A DNA stretch of 64,000 nucleotides from Planctomycetota bacterium (GTDB lineage Bacteria > Planctomycetota > Planctomycetia > Pirellulales > Pirellulaceae), in contig JAGWZB010000001.1 of assembly GCA_018969045.1 (NCBI GenBank), positions 250-64,249 of the forward strand, read 5' to 3'. A program made the position numbers and the translations under genes. Shown here in pieces: positions 48,669-59,315 of this stretch (position 1 is the first letter of the stretch; each line of letters opens with the position of its first letter). A model generated the notes under the pieces. That model did not search any database and was not told the origin of the DNA. It was given only the letters and a program-made list of their open reading frames with translations.

Positions 48669-49604
48669 CTAGTTGCCGCCTCGACCACCGCGACGCCCAG
48701 GACGCTGCTCGCTCTCCTTGACAATCTCCAAGAACAAATCCTCCATCGTCGTCGTAGGATTATCCATCCGATCGACTTTGCCACCCGACTTTTCAATGAT
48801 CTCACGTATCTGCCGCTTGGCATCGTCGGTAAGCCCGCTTGCATGGATCTCCGTCAAATCCTGGATCTTCAACAAGCTATCGACGCGACCGAGCTCCTTA
48901 AGCTCCCCTTGGTGCAAAATCGCAACGCGGTCGCACACGTCCTGAACGTCCGCCAACTGGTGCGAACACATCAAAATCGTCTTGCCCTCGTCCCGCAATC
49001 GTAAAATCAAATCCTTCATGTCCCTGGTACCCAAAGGATCCAAACCCGTGGTCGGCTCGTCAAGCACCAAAAACTCCGGCTCATTGATCAGAGCTTGTGC
49101 CAACCCAATCCGACGAGTCATCCCCTTGGAATACTCTTTCAACTGGCGACGACGCGCATGCTCTAACTTAACCATCTTGATCAAGTTCTCGATTCGCTGA
49201 CGGCGTACATCGGCAGGCATATCAAAAAGTCGCCCGTAAAAGTCCAACGTCTCTTCGGCATTGAGGAACTTGTAAAGATAAGACTCCTCAGGCAAGTATC
49301 CAATCCGCTCATTCTTCGAGACATCCGTGGCCTCTTTGCCAAACACAAACACTCGGCCTTGGGTCGGGAACAATAAACCCAGCATCAACTTAATCGTGGT
49401 CGACTTACCCGAACCGTTCGGGCCTAGCAAACCAAAGATTTCGCCCCGACGGACTTCCAAGTCCAAAGACTTGAGGGCCTGGACTTTTTTCCGCCCCCAA
49501 AAGTCGCGGTAGACTTTGCCGAGATTGCGGGTTTCAACGATCGTCTTGGTGGGATCGTTATCGAAACTAGCGGGACGTGGTTCCAAGTCCGTTGAGGTTG
49601 ACAT
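48669..49604 (-). CDS. ABC transporter ATP-binding protein
   Basis: GPNGSGKST Walker A, YSKGM signature, LVLDEP Walker B, H-loop; start ATG 49604. Confidence 0.95.
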   Translation of the reverse strand: MSTSTDLEPRPASFDNDPTKTIVETRNLGKVYRDFWGRKKVQALKSLDLEVRRGEIFGLLGPNGSGKSTTIKLMLGLLFPTQGRVFVFGKEATDVSKNERIGYLPEESYLYKFLNAEETLDFYGRLFDMPADVRRQRIENLIKMVKLEHARRRQLKEYSKGMTRRIGLAQALINEPEFLVLDEPTTGLDPLGTRDMKDLILRLRDEGKTILMCSHQLADVQDVCDRVAILHQGELKELGRVDSLLKIQDLTEIHASGLTDDAKRQIREIIEKSGGKVDRMDNPTTTMEDLFLEIVKESEQRPGRRGGRGGN

Positions 49605-49934
49605 GGGATCGTTCAAATAGAAAGGACAAGTTGTTTCGGGGGCCAAAAAAGTACACTCTTACCCCACGGATGCAATGGATCTACGAGCATTTCACCAGTT
49701 TGGTTCACAACCCCCGCCAACCATTCATGTTTATCCAGGAAAAACCAAGGTAAATGACATTTCGAACCCTTGCCGTTGCCTGCCGTCCACAAAGAGTTTC
49801 ATCAGCCAACAACAGCAAATGAGCAAATATTAGCGGTCCTGGTTTTGTGGTTCCTGCCGTTTTATAGGTCGCTAAACTCACGAATCCACCCGGTTTTTTG
49901 ATCGAACCAATGGTGTCGCCTTACTTCCGGTTTC

Positions 49935-49940
49935 TATAAT
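49935..49940 (+). promoter_or_regulatory. Candidate -10 box of a leaderless folC transcript
   Basis: TATAAT then 6 nt (CCTCCC) then ATG at 49947; no SD. Confidence 0.5.
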
Positions 49941-49946
49941 CCTCCC

Positions 49947-51374
49947 ATGCACCGATCCGACCCCAGATACCTCGCCGCCTTAGACCACCTCCTGGACCGC
50001 ATCAATTTCGAGAAATCGACCGACCGGCCCTACGCCAAAAGCGAATTCAAGCTAGCTCGGATGGCTTATCTGTTGGAACTCTTGGGTGACCCACATCTAG
50101 CCGCACCGGTGATCCATATCGCGGGGACCAAAGGAAAAGGTTCGGTCTCCTGGCTCATGGCCGAAGCCTTCCGCCGCAACGGACTCAAAACGGGCCTGTA
50201 CACATCTCCACACTTGGTCGATCTCGAAGAACGTTTCGTCGTTGATGGCCAGCCCATCGAACCCCAAGAACTCGTCGAAATCGTCGAGCAACTAGGCCCC
50301 GCCGAAAGAGCGTGCACAGCCAGCGAACATGGACCCCCCACCTTCTTTGAAATGGCCACAGCCATCGGATGGCTTGCCTTTCAAAAACACAGAACCCAAG
50401 TCAATGTGATCGAAGTTGGACTCGGCGGAAGGCTTGATAGCACCAACGTTTGCAACCCAACTCTGTGCATCATCACCAACATCAGTTACGACCACCAACA
50501 ACAACTAGGCAACACCTTGGCTGAAATCGCCAGCGAGAAAGCAGGGATTATCAAACCAAAAATCCCCGTGATCTGCGGAGCTAGGGCCATCGAAGCTGCA
50601 AAGGTCATTGAGCAAAAAGCCTTCGATGCCGGATCCCATTTGGAACAACTTGGCCGCGATTTCCATGTTCATTGGTCTCTAGGTCAACACCCCCTCTCGG
50701 CGTCGCTGGAATATTCCGATGGATTGCGGCCAAGCCGCCATTACGCGTTGCGAATGCTCGGAAAGCATCAAGCAGACAACGCGGCCCTTGCCATCGCCGC
50801 TTGGAACCAACTCAAACATCTGGGATGGAATCTAGCCCTCCGCCCACTCGTCGAGTCATTGGCCTATACCCAAGTCCCAGCCAGGATGGAAGTTCTCTCA
50901 AACACTCCCTTCTGGATCCTGGATACCGCCCACAATGAAGCTTCGATCGATGCCCTGTCCGATACGCTAGATAGCTTTTTTCCAGCTCTCCCCAAATCGG
51001 TGATCTTCGCATGCTCGAAAGACAAAAAAGCATCCGAAATGCTCGATCGACTTATCCAAATCGCAGATCGAATCATCCTGACACAGTACCAATGCAATCC
51101 CCGATTCACCCCCGTCGAGAAACTCGTCAGCATCGCAAACGAATTGATTAGCCACCACGCTCCCAGACTCAAGTCTCAAAATAAAAAGATCTGCCAACTA
51201 GTCTCGGCCAAAGATCTACCCCAAGCTGTCCAGCTCAGTCGCCTCCCCATGGCCGATCCACTTGCCCATATCGAGCCAGTCCACGTAATCACCGGATCGT
51301 TCTTCATCGCGGCAGAGGCCAAGTCGTTTTTCGCTTCAAATGGCCCCGGCGGCACGAAACTAACCGATTTTTAA
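49947..51374 (+). CDS. folC: Folylpolyglutamate/dihydrofolate synthase
   Basis: IHIAGTKGKGS, YTSPHL...ER, T.FE, EVGLGGRLDSTN, EKAGIIK, LDTAHN. Confidence 0.96.
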   Translation: MHRSDPRYLAALDHLLDRINFEKSTDRPYAKSEFKLARMAYLLELLGDPHLAAPVIHIAGTKGKGSVSWLMAEAFRRNGLKTGLYTSPHLVDLEERFVVDGQPIEPQELVEIVEQLGPAERACTASEHGPPTFFEMATAIGWLAFQKHRTQVNVIEVGLGGRLDSTNVCNPTLCIITNISYDHQQQLGNTLAEIASEKAGIIKPKIPVICGARAIEAAKVIEQKAFDAGSHLEQLGRDFHVHWSLGQHPLSASLEYSDGLRPSRHYALRMLGKHQADNAALAIAAWNQLKHLGWNLALRPLVESLAYTQVPARMEVLSNTPFWILDTAHNEASIDALSDTLDSFFPALPKSVIFACSKDKKASEMLDRLIQIADRIILTQYQCNPRFTPVEKLVSIANELISHHAPRLKSQNKKICQLVSAKDLPQAVQLSRLPMADPLAHIEPVHVITGSFFIAAEAKSFFASNGPGGTKLTDF

Positions 51375-51492
51375 CCAAATCCGCCTGGATTAACTCGTCC
51401 TTTGCGCTGCGATTAAATAGGATATGAATGTCATGGCCCGGTCGCATCGTTGGGACGATCAAGCCACTGATCGATTCTAGCCGGGGCCTAGC

Positions 51493-52209
51493 ATGCGACT
51501 GACTTTAAGAACCCTGTTGTCCTACCGAGACGGTGTGCTGCCGACCAAAGCTCACGAAGAACTTGGTCAGAAACTCCGAGATAGCCAAACCGCACTGGAT
51601 CTTTCCAATCGGATCGATCGATCTTTGACAAAACCCAAGCCTCTTGCAATCGAACTTGCTGAAATCGAACAGACGGCCGCGCCCAACGAAGTGGCCGAGT
51701 TCCTCGATGGCGCTATGTCGCTAGATCGTGTTTTTACCATGGAGCGAAAATGCATCGCAAGCAACCCGATGCTCGCCGAACTTGCCTCCGTGCACTCGAT
51801 CCTCGCTCGAGAATTATTGGGTACCAGCAAAAATCCATCGAGTCAACCGTCCCAAGCTTTCTTGGCCAGACTCCATGCCTTGCACGACCCCAAAGACTCC
51901 CAAGCCGAAAACCCGACGGCCATCAGCTCGCCGGCGAAGTCTAACTCTACGACCAAATCTACTTCCACAGCCAACCAGCGCGGCCATCTGGATATTTCTG
52001 GTATCGATCTAGAATCCGCTGTCTCCGATGCCAACCTCTCGATGACGGACCTCGAGACGGTTCAACCCAATCGACTGGCTTTGCAAACCATTCTGCTACT
52101 GGCTGTCTTTGCAGCACTCGCATGGTGGATCTTGCAGGAAACATCGGTCTTGCCATCGATCCAATTCCCAGTCCTAAACTCCTCCAACGGATCATCCAGC
52201 ATGCCATGA
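51493..52209 (+). CDS. Conserved hypothetical membrane protein (MRLTLRTLL N-terminal helical domain)
   Basis: N-terminal helical block with VAEFLDG...E..C...MLAELASVH, low-complexity linker, C-terminal TM. Confidence 0.7.
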   Translation: MRLTLRTLLSYRDGVLPTKAHEELGQKLRDSQTALDLSNRIDRSLTKPKPLAIELAEIEQTAAPNEVAEFLDGAMSLDRVFTMERKCIASNPMLAELASVHSILARELLGTSKNPSSQPSQAFLARLHALHDPKDSQAENPTAISSPAKSNSTTKSTSTANQRGHLDISGIDLESAVSDANLSMTDLETVQPNRLALQTILLLAVFAALAWWILQETSVLPSIQFPVLNSSNGSSSMP

Positions 52210-55148
52210 TGATCTCCGCGAACCAATCCTATTCTATGAACTTGAAAACATCGCTTCGAATCGCGATTCTCATCCTAGTTGCTCTGCAATTATCCAATTG
52301 GACCCTTGGCCAAGACCCCAACGAAGACCCTTCGGCTCAGCAAGCTCAACCCCCTGGCCAAGGCGCTCCGGGAGACCCCAATGCCCCAGGTCAACCCAAA
52401 GGCGGCCCAGGTAAAGGTGGACCAAACCCATCAGCAAATGAAAATCCTACGCTCAAGCGATCCTCAGAGCCCAAGCCTGCTCCAAACCCTCGCGCCTTTG
52501 ATATCAAACCCGACGATCAAGGCATGTTGCAATTCCAATTCCGAGATCAAACTTGGCCCGATGTCCTGCAATGGGTCGCAGACGTCTCTGGGCTCGCACT
52601 CGATTGGCAAGAATTGCCAGCGGATTTGCTGAGCATCGCTACACCCTCAAAAATGTCCCTCCTGGAAACCAGAGACGTCCTGAATCGACACCTGCTTGCT
52701 CGCGGTTTCACCATCCTGGAATTCCCTGGTGTGCTGCAAGTGGTCAAGACCAAGGAGATCAACGGATCGCTTGTGCCCCGCGTCGAACCAGAAGAACTCA
52801 ATTCACTTCCTGCGAATCGTTTTGTTCGCACGACGTATCGCCTCGATACCCTCATCGCCAAAGATCTCATCGAGGAACTTAAACAACTCATCAGTCCCAA
52901 CGGATCGATCAGAGCCTTAAGCAAAACCAATCGCCTCGAAGCCATGGACACCGCCGCAAATCTAGCCGAGATCCATCGCATCATAAGCCAAGAACAATCC
53001 GAAGCGGTACTAAGTAACTTGGCCCGCGAATTCGAACTCCAGCATGTCAGAGCCACCGAAGTTCGAGAACAACTGGCTCAGTTCCTAAAATTGGAAACTT
53101 CCAAAAGCTCCGCACCCATCCCAGGTCGCATGAGCCCTGAAGAGATGGAAGCCCAACAACAGATGATGATCCAACAACAATTAGCCGCTCAGCAAGGTCG
53201 GCAAGGAGCACCCAAACCACCCGCTGCCTCACGCTCCGAAGTCTACTTGATCGCAAACGCCAGGCGAAACAGCATCATCGTCAACGCACCACCCGACAAA
53301 ATGGCGATCATCGCCGCCTTCATCACCCGTGTCGATGTCGCAAGCCCCAACGAAGAATACCAAGCACTCACGACCCGGATGAAGGTCTATCGACTCACAA
53401 GCATCGACCCCAAGCAATTCGTCAGCTCGCTGATCGCTCTAAACGTCCTAGAACCTACCACCCGATTAGAAGCCGACGATAAAAACAAGTCCATGATCGC
53501 CTATGCCTCTTTGGCCGATCACCTTACCATCCAAGAAACCCTCAAAAAACTCGATGGCTCAGCCAGACAAGTCGAAGTCATCACCCTCAGAAGACTCAGA
53601 GCCGAAGAAGTCGCCGGCACCATTCGCTTGCTCATGGGCATCGACCAAGACAAAAAAGATGACTCCTCTCGACGCTCCTTTTACTACGATCCCTACTCCC
53701 AACGAAACAAAGATGACAAATCCAAAGACGCCCTGCGAGTCGGAGTCAACGCCAACAGCAATCAACTGATCCTCTGGGCCAACGAGTTTGAATCCGAAGA
53801 GATTCGAAAACTGCTCTCAAAACTCGGCGAAATACCCCCCGAAGCCCGAAGCGATCAAACCCAGCGCTTGATCGACGGCAATCGCAGCCCTCAAATGCGC
53901 GAGTACCTAGAGAACCTCAAAAGGACTTGGAAACAAAAAGGAATTGAATTGGAAATTCCTGACCCTTCGGAATTCCAAGACGAATCCAAAGACACTCCGA
54001 CAACTCCAACAGAGCCTGCTCCCAAAAGCCAGCCTGCCATCCTACCTGAAATCAGCAACGTCGGTGCAGTAGTGCCCAACCCTCGAGCCCAATCTGCTGT
54101 CGTTCTTGTCAATACCGATCAACCTCAAGAAATCACCACTCAAGAGCCATCCGATCCGCAGTCTCCAGCGAGCAACAAAGGTGTAAAAATCCGTTTCGAT
54201 GATCAAGGGAACTTGGTCCTCGAGTCCTCCGATCCGAAAGCTCTCGATCAACTCGAAGAATGGATGCTAACAAACACTCCCCCCGAAAGAGAGTACGACG
54301 TTTTCCAAATTCGCCACACCAGACCCTATTGGATAAAACTCAACCTCGAAGATTACTTCAAAGAAGATTCCGGCAAGAAAGATACCGATGTCCTTTTTCG
54401 CTGGATCTTTGACATGGACGCCCCAAAACAGGACGATGGACCTCAGCTGGGAAAAAAACGCAAACTCAAATTCATGTCCGACTCAGACTCCAATACCCTG
54501 CTAGTCAGCGGTGCTAGCGACGCACAACTCAAAACCATCCGACGACTGATCGATCTGTGGGACAAACCCGAGAAGCAAGACAAACAAAGTTTACGATTTA
54601 CCAAAACCGTCAAAGTCGAATTCTCCAAAGCTCAAAATATCTCCGATGCCATCAAAGACGCATTCCGAGATCTACTGAGCTCCAATGACAAAGCCTTGGC
54701 ACGCAACCAACAAGATTCCAACCAAGGTGCCGGCAAAGAGGCCAAGCATCGCTCGGAAGATTCCATCTCAGATGGTGGTATGAACTACGAATTCTCGGGG
54801 AAACTAAGCCTGGGGGTCGATGCCATCACCAACACGATCATCGTTAGTGCCAAAGGGGAAGAACTGCTCAAACTCGTTTGCGAAATGATTGAAGAACTCG
54901 ATCAAAAAGCTAAACGAAATGAAACCATCGAAGTTCTCAAGGTCAACGGTACCAGCACCCAAGCCCTGGAAAAAGCCCTCAAGAATATGCTCAAGCCCCA
55001 AAATGGTATGGACCCAAATGCAAGGTCCCCTCAGAATCTCAAAGTCTCGCAAGACGGCCAACCCGTCGGGCAGCGTCCTGGCCAACCAAGAGGCCAGGGC
55101 AAAGGAGGTTCAAGCAATGCACTCAACGAGTTTGGGTCGGATGATTGA
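52206..55148 (+). CDS. Secretin N-domain repeat protein (GspD-like periplasmic N0/N-repeats, no secretin barrel)
   Basis: Signal peptide; FQFRDQTWPDVLQW N0-like; repeated V..D...N.IIV.A type N-domains; ends in a low-complexity tail; start 52206 (ATGA overlap) or 52236. Confidence 0.75.
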   Translation: MMISANQSYSMNLKTSLRIAILILVALQLSNWTLGQDPNEDPSAQQAQPPGQGAPGDPNAPGQPKGGPGKGGPNPSANENPTLKRSSEPKPAPNPRAFDIKPDDQGMLQFQFRDQTWPDVLQWVADVSGLALDWQELPADLLSIATPSKMSLLETRDVLNRHLLARGFTILEFPGVLQVVKTKEINGSLVPRVEPEELNSLPANRFVRTTYRLDTLIAKDLIEELKQLISPNGSIRALSKTNRLEAMDTAANLAEIHRIISQEQSEAVLSNLAREFELQHVRATEVREQLAQFLKLETSKSSAPIPGRMSPEEMEAQQQMMIQQQLAAQQGRQGAPKPPAASRSEVYLIANARRNSIIVNAPPDKMAIIAAFITRVDVASPNEEYQALTTRMKVYRLTSIDPKQFVSSLIALNVLEPTTRLEADDKNKSMIAYASLADHLTIQETLKKLDGSARQVEVITLRRLRAEEVAGTIRLLMGIDQDKKDDSSRRSFYYDPYSQRNKDDKSKDALRVGVNANSNQLILWANEFESEEIRKLLSKLGEIPPEARSDQTQRLIDGNRSPQMREYLENLKRTWKQKGIELEIPDPSEFQDESKDTPTTPTEPAPKSQPAILPEISNVGAVVPNPRAQSAVVLVNTDQPQEITTQEPSDPQSPASNKGVKIRFDDQGNLVLESSDPKALDQLEEWMLTNTPPEREYDVFQIRHTRPYWIKLNLEDYFKEDSGKKDTDVLFRWIFDMDAPKQDDGPQLGKKRKLKFMSDSDSNTLLVSGASDAQLKTIRRLIDLWDKPEKQDKQSLRFTKTVKVEFSKAQNISDAIKDAFRDLLSSNDKALARNQQDSNQGAGKEAKHRSEDSISDGGMNYEFSGKLSLGVDAITNTIIVSAKGEELLKLVCEMIEELDQKAKRNETIEVLKVNGTSTQALEKALKNMLKPQNGMDPNARSPQNLKVSQDGQPVGQRPGQPRGQGKGGSSNALNEFGSDD

Positions 55149-55211
55149 GCCTCCCCGGACGCAAACCATCATCAATCTCTTTATCCAAACCCAGCTTTAG
55201 CAAGTGACACA

Positions 55212-56045
55212 ATGACGAACTCTCAGGGGACAAACTCACAAGGGACAATTACCGAAGGGTCAATCCTAAAAGGACAAACCGCAATCGTTTCGGGAGCCGG
55301 CCGAGGGATCGGTGCAGCGATCGCCAAGGCACTTGCAGCACAAGGTGCCAACGTCGCTGTCAACGACATACGAGAACCCACCGAAACCGTACAAGCCATT
55401 TTGGACATGGGCCGCAAAGCCATTTCACTTGTCGGCGATGTCTCGGATCAAGCGTCTGTCGAAGCCATGGTTCAAAAAGCCAAAGACCAACTCGGTCCAG
55501 TCTCGATCTTGGTCTCCAACGCAGCTTTCAGCGATCGCGAATTATTCTATCAAGCGAACATGGAGGGGTTTCGTAAAACGATCGATGTGTGCATGTGGGG
55601 CCCATTTTACTTGGCACGCGCGGTCGCTAACCAAATGATCGCAGAAAAGATCCAAGGCAACATGGTCTTTATCTCGTCGCCACATGCCTACAAACCAATC
55701 CCCGGTGCAACGGCATACAATATGGCAAAAGCAGCCCTGGATCAGTTAGCAAAAACCGCTGCGGTGGAATTGGCCGAATACCGGATCCGAGTCAATCTGG
55801 TTCACCCTGGTTGGACTGATACCCCAGGTGAGCGAAAATTCTTCTTCGAAGATGAACTTCAACAACACGGTAGCAACCTCCCTTGGGGCCGCCTTGCTAA
55901 ACCCGAAGATATCGCCCACGGCGTCGTTTTTTTATGCGACCCTCGCAGCGACTATATCACCGGTGCGACGCTGTCGATCGACGGTGGGATCGTCCTTCCC
56001 TACCAGGAAATGTTTCGCATTCGTAACCGACCAAAGAATAGCTGA
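55212..56045 (+). CDS. Short-chain dehydrogenase/reductase
   Basis: SGAGRGIG, NAA, YNMAK (YxxxK), PGWTDT, ITG..L.IDGG. Confidence 0.93.
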   Translation: MTNSQGTNSQGTITEGSILKGQTAIVSGAGRGIGAAIAKALAAQGANVAVNDIREPTETVQAILDMGRKAISLVGDVSDQASVEAMVQKAKDQLGPVSILVSNAAFSDRELFYQANMEGFRKTIDVCMWGPFYLARAVANQMIAEKIQGNMVFISSPHAYKPIPGATAYNMAKAALDQLAKTAAVELAEYRIRVNLVHPGWTDTPGERKFFFEDELQQHGSNLPWGRLAKPEDIAHGVVFLCDPRSDYITGATLSIDGGIVLPYQEMFRIRNRPKNS

Positions 56046-57808
56046 TGCATGAGTTCGACATCATTTCCACGCTCGCAGGCGGTTTTGCGGCTGCTTTGGT
56101 GTTCGGCTATATATGCCACCTGCTTCGAATCTCACCGATCGTCGGCTTCCTTGTTGCAGGAATCGTCGTCGGCCCGAGAACCCCAGGGTTTATAGCCAAT
56201 CCACAGATCGCCGCGCAACTGGCGGAAATCGGCGTGGTCTTGCTGCTGTTCGACGTCGGACTGCACTTCGATCTGCAGGAACTAGGACGGGTTCGCAAAA
56301 TAGCAATCCCAGGTGCGCTGCTGCAATGCACTGGTTCGTTCCTTGCAACCTTTCTGCTGATGCTCTGGCTGTCGTATTCATGGCAAGAGTCCATGGCTAT
56401 GGGCATCGCGATGTCGTTTGCAAGCACCGTCGTCGTGACTCGATTGCTTACCGATGCCAATGAACTTCAAACCCCAACAGGAAATCTGGCCATCGGTTGG
56501 CTGATCGTTCAAGACGTGCTTGCAGTCCTCGCACTGGTTTTGCTCCCTAATCTCAAAGGGATCGAAAGTGCATCTTGGTTGAGTCTCATCGGGATCGTAG
56601 AAATCGCGGCTCTGAAAATCGCGATCCTTGTTCTTGCGGTTTTTTTCCTGGGGGGGAAATTCATCCCCAAAATGCTCCATCGCATCGCTGAGACTCGATC
56701 CAGAGAGCTTTTCACTCTGACGATCCTCGTGATCGTGCTTGGTCTGGCTCTGATCTCCTCCAAAGGCTTCGGCGTATCGATGGCACTGGGTGCTTTTCTT
56801 GCTGGCGTCGTCATCGGGCAAAGCGATTTCTCAGTGCGAGCCACCACCGATGCCCTGCCGATGCGCGACGCCTTTGCAGCCCTCTTTTTCGTATCGGTAG
56901 GGATGCTCTTTGACCCGATTGTTTTCTTCGATACCCCAGGTCTGTTTTGGGCAATACTGATCATCGCCATGGTTGTAACACCAGCCCTGGCAATCTGGCT
57001 GATGCTCTTGATGGGCTTGCCACTTAAGAACGCTCTGAGAGTTGGGCTCTCGTTTGCACAAATCGGCGAGTTTTCGTTCATCGTCGCAGGTCTAGCCAAA
57101 CATTCAGGTCTGATTTCCCAGTCGCTCGAACATGTACTGGTAGCTGTTTCGATTTTTTCGATCGCTCTTTGCCCACTTTTGCAAATGACGATCGACCCTG
57201 TCGTTCGCTTGGCACGCGGTTCTACCAAACTGTCCTGGCTGACGATTTCACGCTTACCCTTGAGTCTTCGACCCAGCTTGCAGACCCAAGGGCTTGAAGA
57301 AACTCCCCCCATCGGCGAATTTCGTACCGTCGTAGTTGGCTATGGTCCAGTAGGACGAACAGCAGCGAAACTTCTGTCTGAAAATGGAATCCAAGCCACC
57401 ATCATCGAAATGAATCCCGGTAGCATCGAGCCGATCCGCGCGGCAGGCCACCGAATTGTACTTGGGGATGCTAGCCATGTCGAAACGCTCAAAGCCGCCG
57501 GGGTCCAGACCGCAATCAGCCTAATCCTAAGCGCCTCGAATATCCATCAAACCTCAAATGTCATCCAAATGGCAAGGCTTCTGAATCCGACGATTCAGAT
57601 CCTGGTCCGATCGGCATATATCGGCCAGCGACACAGCCTCCTGGCCCAAGGTGCCGATCACGTGATTGCCGAGGAGTCCGAAGTTGCATTGGCATTGGCC
57701 GAAACGATTCTAAGAAATCTCGGTGCAACCGCTGAACAAATCGATCACCAGCGCGATAAACTCAGATCCGATTTGAACGATAATACCTTCAAAAAAACAA
57801 ACTCATGA
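56045..57808 (+). CDS. CPA2 cation:proton antiporter with TrkA-N domain (YbaL/Kef-like)
   Basis: GVVLLLFDVGLHF, LIVQD, ALGAFLAG, RDAFAALFFVSVGM, QIGEFSF; C-terminal VGYGPVG. Confidence 0.92.
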   Translation: MHEFDIISTLAGGFAAALVFGYICHLLRISPIVGFLVAGIVVGPRTPGFIANPQIAAQLAEIGVVLLLFDVGLHFDLQELGRVRKIAIPGALLQCTGSFLATFLLMLWLSYSWQESMAMGIAMSFASTVVVTRLLTDANELQTPTGNLAIGWLIVQDVLAVLALVLLPNLKGIESASWLSLIGIVEIAALKIAILVLAVFFLGGKFIPKMLHRIAETRSRELFTLTILVIVLGLALISSKGFGVSMALGAFLAGVVIGQSDFSVRATTDALPMRDAFAALFFVSVGMLFDPIVFFDTPGLFWAILIIAMVVTPALAIWLMLLMGLPLKNALRVGLSFAQIGEFSFIVAGLAKHSGLISQSLEHVLVAVSIFSIALCPLLQMTIDPVVRLARGSTKLSWLTISRLPLSLRPSLQTQGLEETPPIGEFRTVVVGYGPVGRTAAKLLSENGIQATIIEMNPGSIEPIRAAGHRIVLGDASHVETLKAAGVQTAISLILSASNIHQTSNVIQMARLLNPTIQILVRSAYIGQRHSLLAQGADHVIAEESEVALALAETILRNLGATAEQIDHQRDKLRSDLNDNTFKKTNS

Positions 57809-59298
57809 CCAGCGACGTTCTGGAAAAGATACTAAAGCACACCCGCCAAACAGCAATGCTCCAATCGACCATGGCGCTGCTGGAATGGGATCAAAATACA
57901 GGATTGCCTTCAAATGCCGCTGAGTATCGCGCCGAGCAACTGACAATGCTCGCCGGGTTGCTGCACAAACGACGCGTCGACCCGCAACTGGGTGATTGGA
58001 TAAATCAACTCAGTGAGCAAACGGGAAATCAAGACCCATTGGCTCCCTCAAGCGTAATGGCTCGATGCATCAAACGCGAATATCAGCGCGCTATCAAACT
58101 GCCTCAGTCGCTTGTCCAAGCCATCTCGCATGCCACAAGTATAGGCCAACAGATCTGGGTCGAATCCAAACTCCGGGATGACTTCTCAGGCTTCCTGCCT
58201 TGTCTGGAAAAAATTATCGAGCTCAAGCGTCAAGAAGCCGATTGCCTGGCCGCACCCGGGCAATCCCGATACGATGTGATGCTCGATAGTTACGAAGAAG
58301 GTGCTACCAAAGAACGGATCCGTCGAATCTTTGATAGGCTTCGTGATTCGCTGGTACCCTTGATCCAAGAGGCTTCAGAGAAGTCTGCCAAACTCGGGCC
58401 ATCGGTTGTCGAAGGTCGCTTTGAAATCAAGCCGCAAGAAGAGTTTGCTAAATGGGTGGCCAGGCAGATCGGATTCGATTTCGACCGAGGCAGGCTAGAT
58501 CAAACCGAGCACCCTTTTTGCACGACTCTCGGGCCCCATGATCATCGGATCTTGACCCGATATTCAAAGGAATCCTTCTCCACAGGATTTTTCGGAGTAC
58601 TGCATGAAGCCGGCCATGGAATGTACGAACAGGGACTCGATCCTCTTTGGTATGGTACCCCTGTCGGTAGTGCGGCGAGTCTAGGCGTCCACGAATCGCA
58701 GTCCAGATTATGGGAGAATTTAGTCGGACTTTCCGACTCTTTTTGGCACTGGGCCCATCCGCATTTGCTAGAGTATTTTCCCGGTTCCTTCGAAGGTGTT
58801 CCTTTGGAGCAACTAGTTCAAGATCTAAACCGAGTCCAACCCAGTTTGATTCGCATCGAAGCCGACGAAGTCACTTACAATATGCATATCCTGATCCGTT
58901 TTGAGCTTGAAGAGCAATTGATGGACGGTCAATTAAATGCTAGGGAATTGCCAAATGCTTGGAAGTCCAAATACCAAGAGTATTTGGGAGTCGTTCCTAC
59001 TACCGATCAACAAGGCGTTTTGCAGGACGTGCATTGGTCGGCTGGATTGATCGGCTATTTCCCGACGTACACTTTGGGAAACATCTATGCGGCCCAATTG
59101 TATCATGCCGCTGATCAACAGCTCGGTGGCTTGGATCGTCTAGTTCGCGCAGGTGAGTTTCGACCGCTCTTGGAATGGCTACAAAACAAAGTGCATCGGC
59201 ATGGCCAAAGCTACTTGCCCATGCAACTGATCGAGCAAGCCACCGATCAAAAGGTTGATTCAAAATACTTAGTCGAGCACTTGAAGACCAAGTGCTAA
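57805..59298 (+). CDS. Carboxypeptidase, M32 (Taq) family
   Basis: LLEWDQ.T..P, HPF, HEAGH zinc motif, HESQSRLWEN, IRIEADEV, QDVHWS.G..GYFPTY.LG. Confidence 0.96.
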   Translation: MTSDVLEKILKHTRQTAMLQSTMALLEWDQNTGLPSNAAEYRAEQLTMLAGLLHKRRVDPQLGDWINQLSEQTGNQDPLAPSSVMARCIKREYQRAIKLPQSLVQAISHATSIGQQIWVESKLRDDFSGFLPCLEKIIELKRQEADCLAAPGQSRYDVMLDSYEEGATKERIRRIFDRLRDSLVPLIQEASEKSAKLGPSVVEGRFEIKPQEEFAKWVARQIGFDFDRGRLDQTEHPFCTTLGPHDHRILTRYSKESFSTGFFGVLHEAGHGMYEQGLDPLWYGTPVGSAASLGVHESQSRLWENLVGLSDSFWHWAHPHLLEYFPGSFEGVPLEQLVQDLNRVQPSLIRIEADEVTYNMHILIRFELEEQLMDGQLNARELPNAWKSKYQEYLGVVPTTDQQGVLQDVHWSAGLIGYFPTYTLGNIYAAQLYHAADQQLGGLDRLVRAGEFRPLLEWLQNKVHRHGQSYLPMQLIEQATDQKVDSKYLVEHLKTKC

Positions 59299-59315
59299 TA
59301 CAATCAGGATAAGAG

